Positions 28,101 through 36,631 of a stretch of DNA of 64,000 bases are shown here, one piece after another. The position numbers and the translations under genes are program-made. Source of the DNA: an uncultured Bacteroidales bacterium (GTDB lineage Bacteria > Bacillota_I > Bacilli_A > ML615J-28 > CAG-698); assembly GCA_964516425.1 (NCBI GenBank), contig CAZFAM010000002.1:32181-96180 (forward strand). The letters run 5' to 3'. The notes under the pieces are model-generated. The model was not told the DNA's origin. It did not search any database and saw only the letters and a list, made by a program, of their open reading frames with translations. Numbering within the stretch: the first letter of the stretch is position 1; every line of letters starts with the position of its first letter.

Positions 28101-31033
28101 CGATAATAAATTGCGGAAATTGAATTCTTTCCATACGACCAATAATTATCACCAAAGTAATCTAAATACAAATGATTATTATCAATCATTTCACATTCAA
28201 TATCATCAACTTTTTCAATAACATAACCATTAGGATTATCTATTGTTAAGACATATCCTAAACTATATGTCTTCTTATCAAATTTTGTACCATTAACCAA
28301 TGAAATATCTATTAAATCTAGTCTAGATAATATTTCAATACTTAAAGTATCAAGTCCTTCAACTGCTTGTTCTAAAACAGCATTATTAGTAGTGTATCCC
28401 ATTTTTTCCACAACTAAATCTAATGTACAACTCATTTTTGGTGATCTAACAATTACAATAGCAGTATTATAACCATCACCACCAGATATTGGATAATTAA
28501 CACCATTTATAACAAAGTAATCAACTTTTACTTTACTTGGATTATCTAATGTGAATTTAACACTAATATCTTCATTAGTTTTTGGAGCAGTATCATTTAA
28601 AACAACACTTTCTAAAATACTAACATTATCCGCAAGAGTTGAATAATTTTCAGAAACCGTTTTAATAACATCATCATTTCCATCATTTAGATTATATTTA
28701 TAAGTTACTGTTATTGTATATCCTGTATTAGAATCTAATTCAGTAATTTCATTACTTGTAAAATCAATAATTGTTTGTACTAAAGTACTACCTTTATATA
28801 CATCAATCTTTTCAATATTTAAAATGCTATCAACATCCACATTATTAAAATTATATAAAATACTATCACGAGTTGCGGTGAATCTAATATTAACAACAGG
28901 CATTTCTAATGCTTTTGTTTTTATTGTTTCTTCATATTGTGTGACAACAACATCATTATTATCTTTAAAATCTTTTTCAATTACATATACAACTTTATAT
29001 AATGTATTACTTAATAAATTATTAAATGTTTTATTAGTTAAATCAGTAATTGTACCTTGTAATCTATTACCACGATATAACTGTATTTCTTTAATAGTAG
29101 AAATATTATCATTATCTGTAAGTGTATGTGAACAAGAAATGGATTTTTTATCAGATTCTAACTTAATATCTAATATAATATCTTCTAAAGCTTGTGTTTT
29201 AACTGTATATTCATATACTTCTTCTTTAGCACTACTTCCATCATTATAGTTATTTAATAATGTTATTTTAATATTATAAGAAGAATTACTATATAAATTA
29301 GAATAAATTCCATTATCATCTGGTGAAATTACTTGATTGTTATAATATACAACTACATCTTTTAATGTATGTACATTATCATTATCAATAATGTCATATG
29401 CGAAATCAAAAGAATTTTTAGTTGTATTAACATCAAAATCAATAGTTGGTTTTTCAAGTGCTAAAGTTGTTACTCTATATTTATATTCTTGTTGGACATC
29501 ACCATTATTTAAATTTTTAGTAAATTTTACTTTTACTAAATATTCAGTATCCGATAATAAACTCGCAAATGATAAATCTCTTATATTATCAACACTTGAT
29601 ACTACTTGATTATTGTATAATACATCAACACCTTCAAATGTTAGGGCACTATCATCATCTGTAATACTATGAGAAATATCAAATCCACGTTTTGATACAT
29701 TACTAAACTCTAATGAATATGTTGGTTCTTCTTTTAAAGTTTGGAATTTAAATTCTTCATTTAATGTTCTACTACCATATCCATCATCAAAATCATATAC
29801 GTAACTTACTTTAATTGTATAATTTGTATTTGAATTTAAATCTGTAATTTCAGTATCTGTATCATCTAATCTCTTAATAAATTCTGCTCCTTTATATAGT
29901 CCTATATATTGGATATTTCCAACAGCATTCTTATCATATATTAATAATTCATATAAAAGATTGTTTTGTGAAATTCCATATGGAGTAAATAAAATATTAG
30001 GATCTTCTTTTGATGTTAATACTTTATATTCATTTAAAACATTTTGAGTTCCTTTTCCATCATTTAAATTATATTGATAAGTTATTACAATTGTATATTG
30101 CTTATTTGAATCCACATTAGTAATTATATAATTTCCATCTTCATCAATATTAATAACAACTTGAGCTTCATTTTGAACACTTAAATTGAAATTACTCATA
30201 ATGTTATCATTATCAGTTATAATTTTAGTTATATTAATTTGATTTTTTAAGGCACTTGCATAAATATTTAAAGTTGGAGTATCTAAAGCTTCAGTATCTA
30301 TTTCTTTTGTTTTAACTGCTTCTTGAACACCATTTCCATCATTTAAATCATATGTATATTTAATTTCTAATTGATATGTATTGTTAGATAATAAACCTTC
30401 AAATACATCACTTTCATTATTTGATGTTTTTACTACTTCATTATTTAAAAGTAGAGTGAAATTTTTATTTAAAATAACATTATCAACATCACTAGAAGTT
30501 ACATTATATGCAATATCATATTTAGATGATGTTACTTCTGTTATTTCAAATGAAGGAATAGTATTTTCAAGAGTTTTAATTGTTTGTGTGATCTTATTTT
30601 CTCTTTCTAATTCTTCAAATGTATAATTATAAACTACTTCAATAACATATTCTGTATTTGTATTTAAACTATTAAATTCAATATTATCAAATGAATTTAG
30701 TGTAGATACTATTTCATTAGCTTTTAATAAATTTATTTGTTTAACTGTAGCATTTGTATCATTTTGATTAATAGATACTTTAATAAAATCTTTTCCACTT
30801 TCAGTTTCTTTAAACAAATATCCATCTAAAGCATTAAATTCATTTTTAATTAAAGTTCTTGATGCCTTACCAACACCTGAATAATCATCAAATACACCAA
30901 TAATTATATATTGATAATTGCTTCCCATTTGTAAATTATCATATTTAATGTTATTAACACCAACATTTAATGTAGTGTTATAAACAATACTTTTACCATC
31001 ATATAAAAAGAAATATGCTTGATTTTCATTCAT
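25184..31033 (-). CDS. Giant (1949 aa) repeat-rich surface protein body: ~92-aa module array, central beta-helix-like region, C-terminal BspA-type leucine-rich repeats; no signal peptide of its own
   Basis: This is the longest ORF in the window. There are at least 8 modules ending in ...Y.Y.LNDG......T.ALE. The central segment (PEEFMNMNGNYIYELVNDIDMTGYAWESYSFSGYFDGKGHTISNL) resembles the start of adhesin beta-helix/GLUG-type regions. The C-terminal third is made of 23-aa repeats (LPDSLTSIGDYTFxNCSSLTTIT) typical of BspA-like LRR_5. The N-terminus MNENQAYFFLYDG is not hydrophobic. Confidence 0.85.
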   Translation of the reverse strand: MNENQAYFFLYDGKSIVYNTTLNVGVNNIKYDNLQMGSNYQYIIIGVFDDYSGVGKASRTLIKNEFNALDGYLFKETESGKDFIKVSINQNDTNATVKQINLLKANEIVSTLNSFDNIEFNSLNTNTEYVIEVVYNYTFEELERENKITQTIKTLENTIPSFEITEVTSSKYDIAYNVTSSDVDNVILNKNFTLLLNNEVVKTSNNESDVFEGLLSNNTYQLEIKYTYDLNDGNGVQEAVKTKEIDTEALDTPTLNIYASALKNQINITKIITDNDNIMSNFNLSVQNEAQVVINIDEDGNYIITNVDSNKQYTIVITYQYNLNDGKGTQNVLNEYKVLTSKEDPNILFTPYGISQNNLLYELLIYDKNAVGNIQYIGLYKGAEFIKRLDDTDTEITDLNSNTNYTIKVSYVYDFDDGYGSRTLNEEFKFQTLKEEPTYSLEFSNVSKRGFDISHSITDDDSALTFEGVDVLYNNQVVSSVDNIRDLSFASLLSDTEYLVKVKFTKNLNNGDVQQEYKYRVTTLALEKPTIDFDVNTTKNSFDFAYDIIDNDNVHTLKDVVVYYNNQVISPDDNGIYSNLYSNSSYNIKITLLNNYNDGSSAKEEVYEYTVKTQALEDIILDIKLESDKKSISCSHTLTDNDNISTIKEIQLYRGNRLQGTITDLTNKTFNNLLSNTLYKVVYVIEKDFKDNNDVVVTQYEETIKTKALEMPVVNIRFTATRDSILYNFNNVDVDSILNIEKIDVYKGSTLVQTIIDFTSNEITELDSNTGYTITVTYKYNLNDGNDDVIKTVSENYSTLADNVSILESVVLNDTAPKTNEDISVKFTLDNPSKVKVDYFVINGVNYPISGGDGYNTAIVIVRSPKMSCTLDLVVEKMGYTTNNAVLEQAVEGLDTLSIEILSRLDLIDISLVNGTKFDKKTYSLGYVLTIDNPNGYVIEKVDDIECEMIDNNHLYLDYFGDNYWSYGKNSISAIYYRDENNNSCVRNCTFTFDMDFALLDVDSDTDALIIKQVSTPEEFMNMNGNYIYELVNDIDMTGYAWESYSFSGYFDGKGHTISNLSYIYESEINEYNGENFNILNVSSGGTFKNVYFKDIYLDIDCPSISEGTSCSYIIRGYGHVEKVLYSGYLNYKSNDEIIDAYKSYNTTYIVDHLYVNNVAVTSDKVITEEEFNSTEFKENTLGWDFKDKELNNYNGILYSVIDNFYIMISGYNGENPEVVIPSSINELPVVGIEDLAFENNTVITSIEIPSSVLTIGAAILKGCSNIQTIKIDNAYALRRRYGDFSSKWVNLFGNSYTTNKLTNVIINSDQRVNLRLDFIWSAKNLIIDGKINLASDSFENCSNLTNITLSNEIKEIEGHTFYSCNSLQNVYYKGTMEDWCNISFSGDGANPMYYAQHFYMLDSNNEYQEVREIVIPDTITEIKEYSFIGLNIDSIIIPKSVTDIGSYAFYQCYNLNAIYYLGSEEEFSKVTVGRNNDSFTYANVNCLGNVSASFVETDDYSYALTSDYKIYDLKCLNTKIGTLDLTTAFSGYSIITLVNSAFKGCQYLTSITLPDSLTSIGSYAFNNCSKLSSIVIPNGVIEIGDYTFENCSSLTTIILPDSLTSIGTEAFRKCASLTSITIPSSVTSIGDYTFENCSSLTTITLPDSLTSIGDYTFVNCSSLTTITLPDSLTSIGDYTFVNCSSLTTITLPDSLTSIGTEAFYACDSLESITIPNGVTTIGAHVFYGCDNLKTVNLPNTLTYIGVEAFQDCRSLEFIDIPDSVQTLDQNAFQSAGLEFMKLSKNVKEIGSAVFNCSRLRTIFYSGTEQEFNAITNNDTYGYFTSAKVYYNISSIEYVETDKYSYYKANDNKIYELKCSDTSVEVIDLITEFKDYTIISFGGWAFYDCDQLSSIYIPNTVTSIDVTMFQNWSNIKNVYYSGTETEFATMCGGNTNFSNATIVYNYTTN
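25940..26146 (-). repeat. Three head-to-tail 69-bp units (two identical, third with one substitution) inside the LRR region
   Basis: Units 25940-26008 and 26009-26077 are identical when read base by base. Unit 26078-26146 differs at one position (TTTACA to TTTTCA). More diverged copies flank them, for example around 26212-26280. Each unit encodes one 23-aa LRR. Confidence 0.9.
28600..30850 (-). repeat. Array of at least 8 diverged ~92-aa (~276-bp) protein modules
   Basis: The translation shows periodic motifs: a D.D/N.D block, L.SNT.Y (or SNTNY), Y.Y.LNDG and a T.ALE boundary. The repeats are diverged at the DNA level. Boundaries are approximate. Confidence 0.6.
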
Positions 31034-31066
31034 TAATTGATTATCATCTTTTATTTCGATAATAGA

Positions 31067-31834
31067 TTAGTAAGATGTTGTAGTAACAACTTCTTTAATT
31101 ATTGATGCATTCGGAATAACATCATATTGTACACCAGCACGGATAGTTTTTTCACCATCCATTCTTACATCTTTAATTTCTGTTTCATCCACATATTTAA
31201 TAGCATCAATTGTATATTCCACAATACCAGGAGTCATTCCAGCATCAACTTCAATAATTAATTTTGTGGAATTTGATCCATCTTTAAATTCAAATGATTG
31301 ATATTTTCTTCCATTTAATGTAAAAGATAATATTTCATAAAATGATGGATTATAAATATGGACAACTACATTAAACTTTTCACCTTTTTTAGCATAATAT
31401 TCTACTTGTTCAGTAGTTATAACATCAATATAATCATTAACTACATCTTCAATATCACTTTTTTCACTTGAATTACTAAAGCGTTTAGACCTAGATGTTT
31501 CTTGTTTTTCAATTGACATTCCTTGATATACTGGTTGAACCTTTTCTTGATATTTATCCCATTTAGCAACAAGAGTCATATCTCCTTCAACAGTATCCAT
31601 ATTAAAACGCCATTTATCATCACCAAAATACCAACCTAATAGCACATTATTCTCTGGTGCCTCAATGGTTGGTGCTTCAATTAAGCTTCCCTCTTCAACT
31701 GTCATTTCATTAACTTGTTCATTTAGATTTATGAACTTAACTGTATACATGTTTTTTTCTGATTCACACGCAGACAAAACAAATATGAAAAACAACAATA
31801 CTAATAATATTTTTTTGAAAGATTTTGATTTCAT
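31067..31834 (-). CDS. Lipoprotein with Flg_new (Listeria-Bacteroides repeat) domain; probable detached N-terminal part of the giant surface protein
   Basis: The signal peptide has the lipobox MKSKSFKKILLVLLFFIFVLSAC. YTVKFINLNEQ...GWYFGDDKWRFNMDTVEGDMTLVAKW fits the Flg_new pattern. It is in the same reading frame as ORF 25184-31033, separated from it only by one TAA and 11 sense codons. Confidence 0.7.
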   Translation of the reverse strand: MKSKSFKKILLVLLFFIFVLSACESEKNMYTVKFINLNEQVNEMTVEEGSLIEAPTIEAPENNVLLGWYFGDDKWRFNMDTVEGDMTLVAKWDKYQEKVQPVYQGMSIEKQETSRSKRFSNSSEKSDIEDVVNDYIDVITTEQVEYYAKKGEKFNVVVHIYNPSFYEILSFTLNGRKYQSFEFKDGSNSTKLIIEVDAGMTPGIVEYTIDAIKYVDETEIKDVRMDGEKTIRAGVQYDVIPNASIIKEVVTTTSY

Positions 31835-31982
31835 TTTTCCTCCTTATTATGGACATTTTAATCACTGATTATGATATTTCCAACTTTGCCCTTTTTGTCA
31901 TTATAACAAAGGAGTATCACAATTTTTGTCTTTTTACTTTTTTTATGATGAAAAAATAACATTTCTAATTGTTTATGCAATT

Positions 31983-32005
31983 AAAAAAAGAGCTTTTTCA
32001 AGCCC
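31983..32005 (-). terminator. Weak rho-independent terminator after the thioredoxin-like lipoprotein gene
   Basis: A 6-bp stem (one G-U) is followed by U7 on the minus strand. Confidence 0.4.
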
Positions 32006-32009
32006 TTCA

Positions 32010-32453
32010 TTATTCTGTAATATTTAGACTAGTAATATAATCTATTACTTTAGTTTTGCCAGATGTTATATATTCTCCTATTTTAACATTATCAATAGTT
32101 TTAATTTTTATTAATGTGGGAACTTTTGGAATTCTTAAATTCTCATATGATGTTACACCATTAACATTATAAATATCATCACCATCATTTTCTTTTTTAA
32201 TAATTTTATCAAATGTTAAATCACACGTATATAATTTCAATTCGCCATTATTTATAAAATTATTAATTGTTTCTTCACAAGCTTCACAATATGGACATCT
32301 ATATTTATAAAAATATACATAATATTCATCTTCATCTTGACTTAATATTTCACAAACCTCAATTTGATTAGCCATTGTTTTTGTACATCCAACTAAAGAA
32401 ATTATTAATAAACTTAGCATTAAGATTAATAACTTATTTTTTGAGAAGCACAT
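32010..32453 (-). CDS. Thioredoxin-fold lipoprotein (CPYC motif)
   Basis: It has the lipobox LISLVGC and the redox-type CxxC motif in YKYRCPYCEACE. Confidence 0.6.
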   Translation of the reverse strand: MCFSKNKLLILMLSLLIISLVGCTKTMANQIEVCEILSQDEDEYYVYFYKYRCPYCEACEETINNFINNGELKLYTCDLTFDKIIKKENDGDDIYNVNGVTSYENLRIPKVPTLIKIKTIDNVKIGEYITSGKTKVIDYITSLNITE

Positions 32454-33048
32454 ATAACATCACCGCATCTTGAAAGTTTTGAATATCAAGTCCTGTTTCT
32501 TCTTTAATAACATTTAATTTATTATTAATAGTATTACGATGCATATAAACATAACTTGCTGTTTTACATACATTTAAATTATTTATAAACATTCCATTTA
32601 CAATTTCAAATAATTTATTATCATTCATTATTTTCCCCACCACAATTGGTTTAAATAATTCTAAATCATTAATATCATTATTAAACATTTCTTCAATTAA
32701 CACCCGATTAGATATATAAGATTGATTAATCCTTTCATGATATTTTTTATACATATCAATAATACTATCCATATCGCAAGAATTATATAATCTATTACTT
32801 TTATATGCTTGCAAACTAACACCTGTATCATCAATAATCGCATTCACAATTTGTTCAATATTTTCATTAGATTTAGGTGATATAATAATTGTTATATCTT
32901 CATCATTAAACACGCTACAATCATTAATGGCATCTTTTAAAATTGACACTATATCTAAATATAAATGATCTTTACTAGATATATTAAATATATATAAGAA
33001 ATAATTTGTATATTTTGTAAAAATGTCTTTCATCTTTTCTTTATCCAT
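32434..33048 (-). CDS. PucR/CdaR-type C-terminal HTH regulator
   Basis: The C-terminus NVCKTASYVYMHRNTINNKLNVIKEETGLDIQNFQDAVMLYVLL matches the PucR_C HTH pattern (LH.HRNT..YRL..I...G.D). It overlaps the downstream gene by 20 nt. Confidence 0.55.
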   Translation of the reverse strand: MDKEKMKDIFTKYTNYFLYIFNISSKDHLYLDIVSILKDAINDCSVFNDEDITIIISPKSNENIEQIVNAIIDDTGVSLQAYKSNRLYNSCDMDSIIDMYKKYHERINQSYISNRVLIEEMFNNDINDLELFKPIVVGKIMNDNKLFEIVNGMFINNLNVCKTASYVYMHRNTINNKLNVIKEETGLDIQNFQDAVMLYVLLKK

Positions 33049-33139
33049 GTAATCACCTTTTTATTTATATATCATATTATATAATATAATATTATTATAT
33101 CATAAAGAAAAACTAAAGCAAATATAAAGTGGTGAAAAA

Positions 33140-33421
33140 ATGAAAAAAATTAAATATAAAGATTTTTTATTACTACATAATCCTATACTTATTGATGTGC
33201 GTGATAAATATGAATTTCAAGAATATCATTTAGATAATGCCATTAACATTCCTTACCATTTATTGTGGAAATATCCTGAAAAATATTTATCATTTACTCA
33301 CACATATTACATTATATGTGAAGAAGGTTATCGTAGTAAAAAGTTATCTAGACATTTACAAAAATTAAAATACAATACAATATCAATTATACATGGCTAT
33401 AAAAATATTAAACACTCTTGA
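33140..33421 (+). CDS. Single-domain rhodanese-like sulfurtransferase
   Basis: ILIDVRDKYEF and the active-site loop CEEGYRS are present. Confidence 0.75.
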   Translation: MKKIKYKDFLLLHNPILIDVRDKYEFQEYHLDNAINIPYHLLWKYPEKYLSFTHTYYIICEEGYRSKKLSRHLQKLKYNTISIIHGYKNIKHS

Positions 33422-35561
33422 TTTTTAATGCTATTACACTCATATCATCTTTACTAATTAAATCAGTATGACGGGCATAGTTTAACAATTCATATGATAT
33501 TTTTTGCGGGTCCATATCTTTAATTGTTAAAATAAAATTTTCAAAATCTGATACATTAACAATATTATCAAATATACCATCACTAGCCATAATTACTAAA
33601 TCTTTATTATCAAGATTTAGTTTTTTTGTAACTACTAATTCATTTAAACCAAATGGTAAATTTTCATTTTCAATTCTAATCATTTCCTCATTTTCTTTAA
33701 TAATATAGGTAAAAGTAGCACCAGCTTTATACAATAACATCTCACCTGTTTTTTTATCTATTTGAATAAAATCTAGTGTGGAGAACTTTTCTTGATAATC
33801 TTGAATATACATAAAAGAATTTAATATTTGTAATGAAGTTTCACTTGTCAAATTAGTATTTGTTATTTCATCTAATAATTTTAAAGTTCTCGTACTTTGA
33901 ATATTGGCACTTAACCCTTTTCCCATGCCATCACATATTACCGCAATCATTTTGCCACTTTTACTTTCTTTAACCATATAGTTATCCCCACAAATACTAT
34001 TACCAAGTTTAGACATTGATCCATATCCATATATTATTTCATAATTTACTTTCGGAATTAAAATAATATATGTTTTATTCCGCTTTATTTCTTTAAAAAT
34101 AGCATTAGTATCAATACCAATATAGTGACTACAAACATGTTCAATATTTTCTTTTTCTTGAAAGAAATTAATTCCTATAAAACCTATTTCTATTAAAAAA
34201 TCATTTTTAAATGATTTTACCACATTAAACATACTTAAACTATAACCATAATCTTCTAATCCTTGTTTTATATTATTTAAGATATTAAAATCCATTTCTG
34301 AATTAATATTATGATCTACTTTATATTGTCTTAAGATATTAGATACACTATTTAATAATGGTATTAATAATTCATTAGTATAAGCTGATTTATTAATAAG
34401 ATTATTCCCTAGATTTCTACCTACACGTTTAATTTCATCATTCTTTGCACATATAAAATCATCATAATTATTTAATATTGTATTTTTAAAGTGATAGTAT
34501 AACTTACCCTTATTTTTTTGAAAACATTCCGTTCTTTTATTACATAATGAACACACATTTTTCGTTAATGTTGTTATAGCTTCTGCTAATTCTTCATGAT
34601 ATTCATTGGTAGTTAGATTAGTTACTATTTTATCTAAAAATAAAGAAAAAGATTCTACTTCATTATCAATTTGGGCAATGGTTCTTTCATAAACATTATT
34701 TATTACTTCCACATTATTACGATTATTTATATTAAATGGTCTTAAAATTTCAAAAATAATACTAATAATTCCTAAACAATAATATATATTTAAATCTAAT
34801 ATATCTCTTTCAAAAAATAATAAATATAATAATAAAAGAATTAACGTTAGACTACTAAAAAATGAAGGTATTAAATATATAAAAGATATAATAGGGAGTA
34901 TTAATGAATATGACATATTAAAATATAATTTAAATGTAATCATAAGTACCATACTTAAAAATATCGAACTAAAGATATTTCTATTACTTGAAAAATACAT
35001 TAAAAAGTAAATTGCTAATAAAAAGCCAATTGATATATAATATATTCTATAATGTGCAGATCCAATACATAATACTACTGCAAGAAAAACTTCATTATAT
35101 GCTATACTTCTTATTTCTTTATTTATATTGTTTGATGTTATACTATTATATATAAGAAAAGACATAATCAAAGGACATATAATAATAGCAGCTATATCCA
35201 TATATATATTACTATTTATATTATTTGTTTTTTTAAATATAAAATATATAATAATATTAATTACAAAAGAATATAATATTATATATATTTTATTTTGTTT
35301 ACTAACTAATAAAATAACTATTAGAGTAACAAAAAAGATAATAACTAATATAAATACATTTAAATTAAAATAAAAGATTGAAAGAAATGTAAAAGGTATT
35401 ATTAAAAAAAGATTTTTAATATTCTTATAACTATAATAACAAATAAAAGGAATATAAAATGTTAATGCCATATTATATTTTATAGATAATAATCCAAATA
35501 ATGAAACTAAAACAATATTAATATATTTACTCATACTATGCTCCTTAATAAAAGCATACAC
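33408..35561 (-). CDS. spoIIE: SpoIIE-like membrane-bound PP2C phosphatase
   Basis: About 10 N-terminal TM helices are followed by a central region and a C-terminal PP2C/SpoIIE domain (GDNYMV...AVICDGMGKGLSA...MASDGIFD). The true start may be the internal ATG at MSKYINIV. Confidence 0.7.
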   Translation of the reverse strand: MYAFIKEHSMSKYINIVLVSLFGLLSIKYNMALTFYIPFICYYSYKNIKNLFLIIPFTFLSIFYFNLNVFILVIIFFVTLIVILLVSKQNKIYIILYSFVINIIIYFIFKKTNNINSNIYMDIAAIIICPLIMSFLIYNSITSNNINKEIRSIAYNEVFLAVVLCIGSAHYRIYYISIGFLLAIYFLMYFSSNRNIFSSIFLSMVLMITFKLYFNMSYSLILPIISFIYLIPSFFSSLTLILLLLYLLFFERDILDLNIYYCLGIISIIFEILRPFNINNRNNVEVINNVYERTIAQIDNEVESFSLFLDKIVTNLTTNEYHEELAEAITTLTKNVCSLCNKRTECFQKNKGKLYYHFKNTILNNYDDFICAKNDEIKRVGRNLGNNLINKSAYTNELLIPLLNSVSNILRQYKVDHNINSEMDFNILNNIKQGLEDYGYSLSMFNVVKSFKNDFLIEIGFIGINFFQEKENIEHVCSHYIGIDTNAIFKEIKRNKTYIILIPKVNYEIIYGYGSMSKLGNSICGDNYMVKESKSGKMIAVICDGMGKGLSANIQSTRTLKLLDEITNTNLTSETSLQILNSFMYIQDYQEKFSTLDFIQIDKKTGEMLLYKAGATFTYIIKENEEMIRIENENLPFGLNELVVTKKLNLDNKDLVIMASDGIFDNIVNVSDFENFILTIKDMDPQKISYELLNYARHTDLISKDDMSVIALKIKSV

Positions 35562-35632
35562 TAAAGAAATGTAAAAAAATGTAAAAAAAAGATATAAAAG
35601 TATCGTTTCTAAAAATAGAAACGATACTTTTT

Positions 35633-36631
35633 TTAATTTTCTTCTTGTACATTCGTTTTAGTAAATAATTTTGCTATTTTTTTAGGGAAGAATGATATTA
35701 CTTCCGCAATTAATAATGGCAACATTTTTACACTTTCTTTTATAGATTTTTTTCTGATTTCATCTTTTGATGGTTTAGTTTCAGAAAACAAATATCTTCG
35801 TGTTACGATTCCTATTCTTAAAGTTAATAAACCATTTGATAAACCATTTAATAAACTATTAGCAATAGGTTTGACTAATGGTAACTCCCCTAAATAATTA
35901 GCAGTTGAAGTAGGGAAAACATCTGTAAAATTTAATCCTTCTAAATTTTCAGATATTAAGGCTGTTGCTAAAACATTAGCACTCAATTTACCAAGCTTCG
36001 CATATGATGGTCTAAAACCTACTTTTTGGACTATTTCTTTAATCATTTTCAAATTAACAGTAATAATTGTTAACATATCAAGTTTTCCATTTTGTGATAT
36101 AGCAGTAGATATAAAAACTGTTTTAGCATTCATTAATATTATTTTATTGATTTCTTTTTTTACAGATGACTCTAATACACGATTTAAATTTTCGCGTAAG
36201 TTCTCTTTTGTTTTTAATCCATCTTCTAGTATCACTAAATCTTTTTCTTGTAAATTATTACTTTTCACAATTGATTTAGCTAATTTTTTATATACACGAT
36301 AGTTTTTATTTGTGTTCTTATCTAATGTTGTAACAATTGAATATGTTGGAGCAAAAATAATTACTCGTAATGGATTTAAAATTAATAAATAAACTAATAA
36401 AGCTGATAAGACATAAAATCCTATTTCCACATATTTATTGATATTTCTTAATTTCTCTCCCACATTTAAAATACTACTTAATATAATTAAAAAGATTATT
36501 ATTAAACACCCTATTCCAATTAGAATCCATAATTTATTTTTTTTATCTTTCTTATTATTATGAATATTTCTCAAAACTGAAGGTTTTTCTTGCTTTTCGG
36601 AAACTATTATATCATTTTTATTTTCATTCAT
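35633..36631 (-). CDS. YcjF-family (UPF0283/DUF697) membrane protein
   Basis: The by-eye alignment with E. coli YcjF is collinear. There are two N-proximal TM helices. [32 protein letters not shown] aligns with [49 protein letters not shown] aligns with QGIGAGLLTARLGIKAMEL. Confidence 0.55.
   Translation of the reverse strand: [332 protein letters not shown]

Noticed and set aside
28824-29249. Plus-strand ORFs inside the giant gene (28824-29249, 29391-29609, 30381-30626) and inside the lipoprotein gene (48165-48689), plus minus-strand off-frame ORFs 47008-47229 and 47290-47490
   Set aside because: These are shadow or off-frame ORFs within long, repeat-rich, AT-rich coding regions. Their Leu/Ser/Ile-rich translations carry no motifs.
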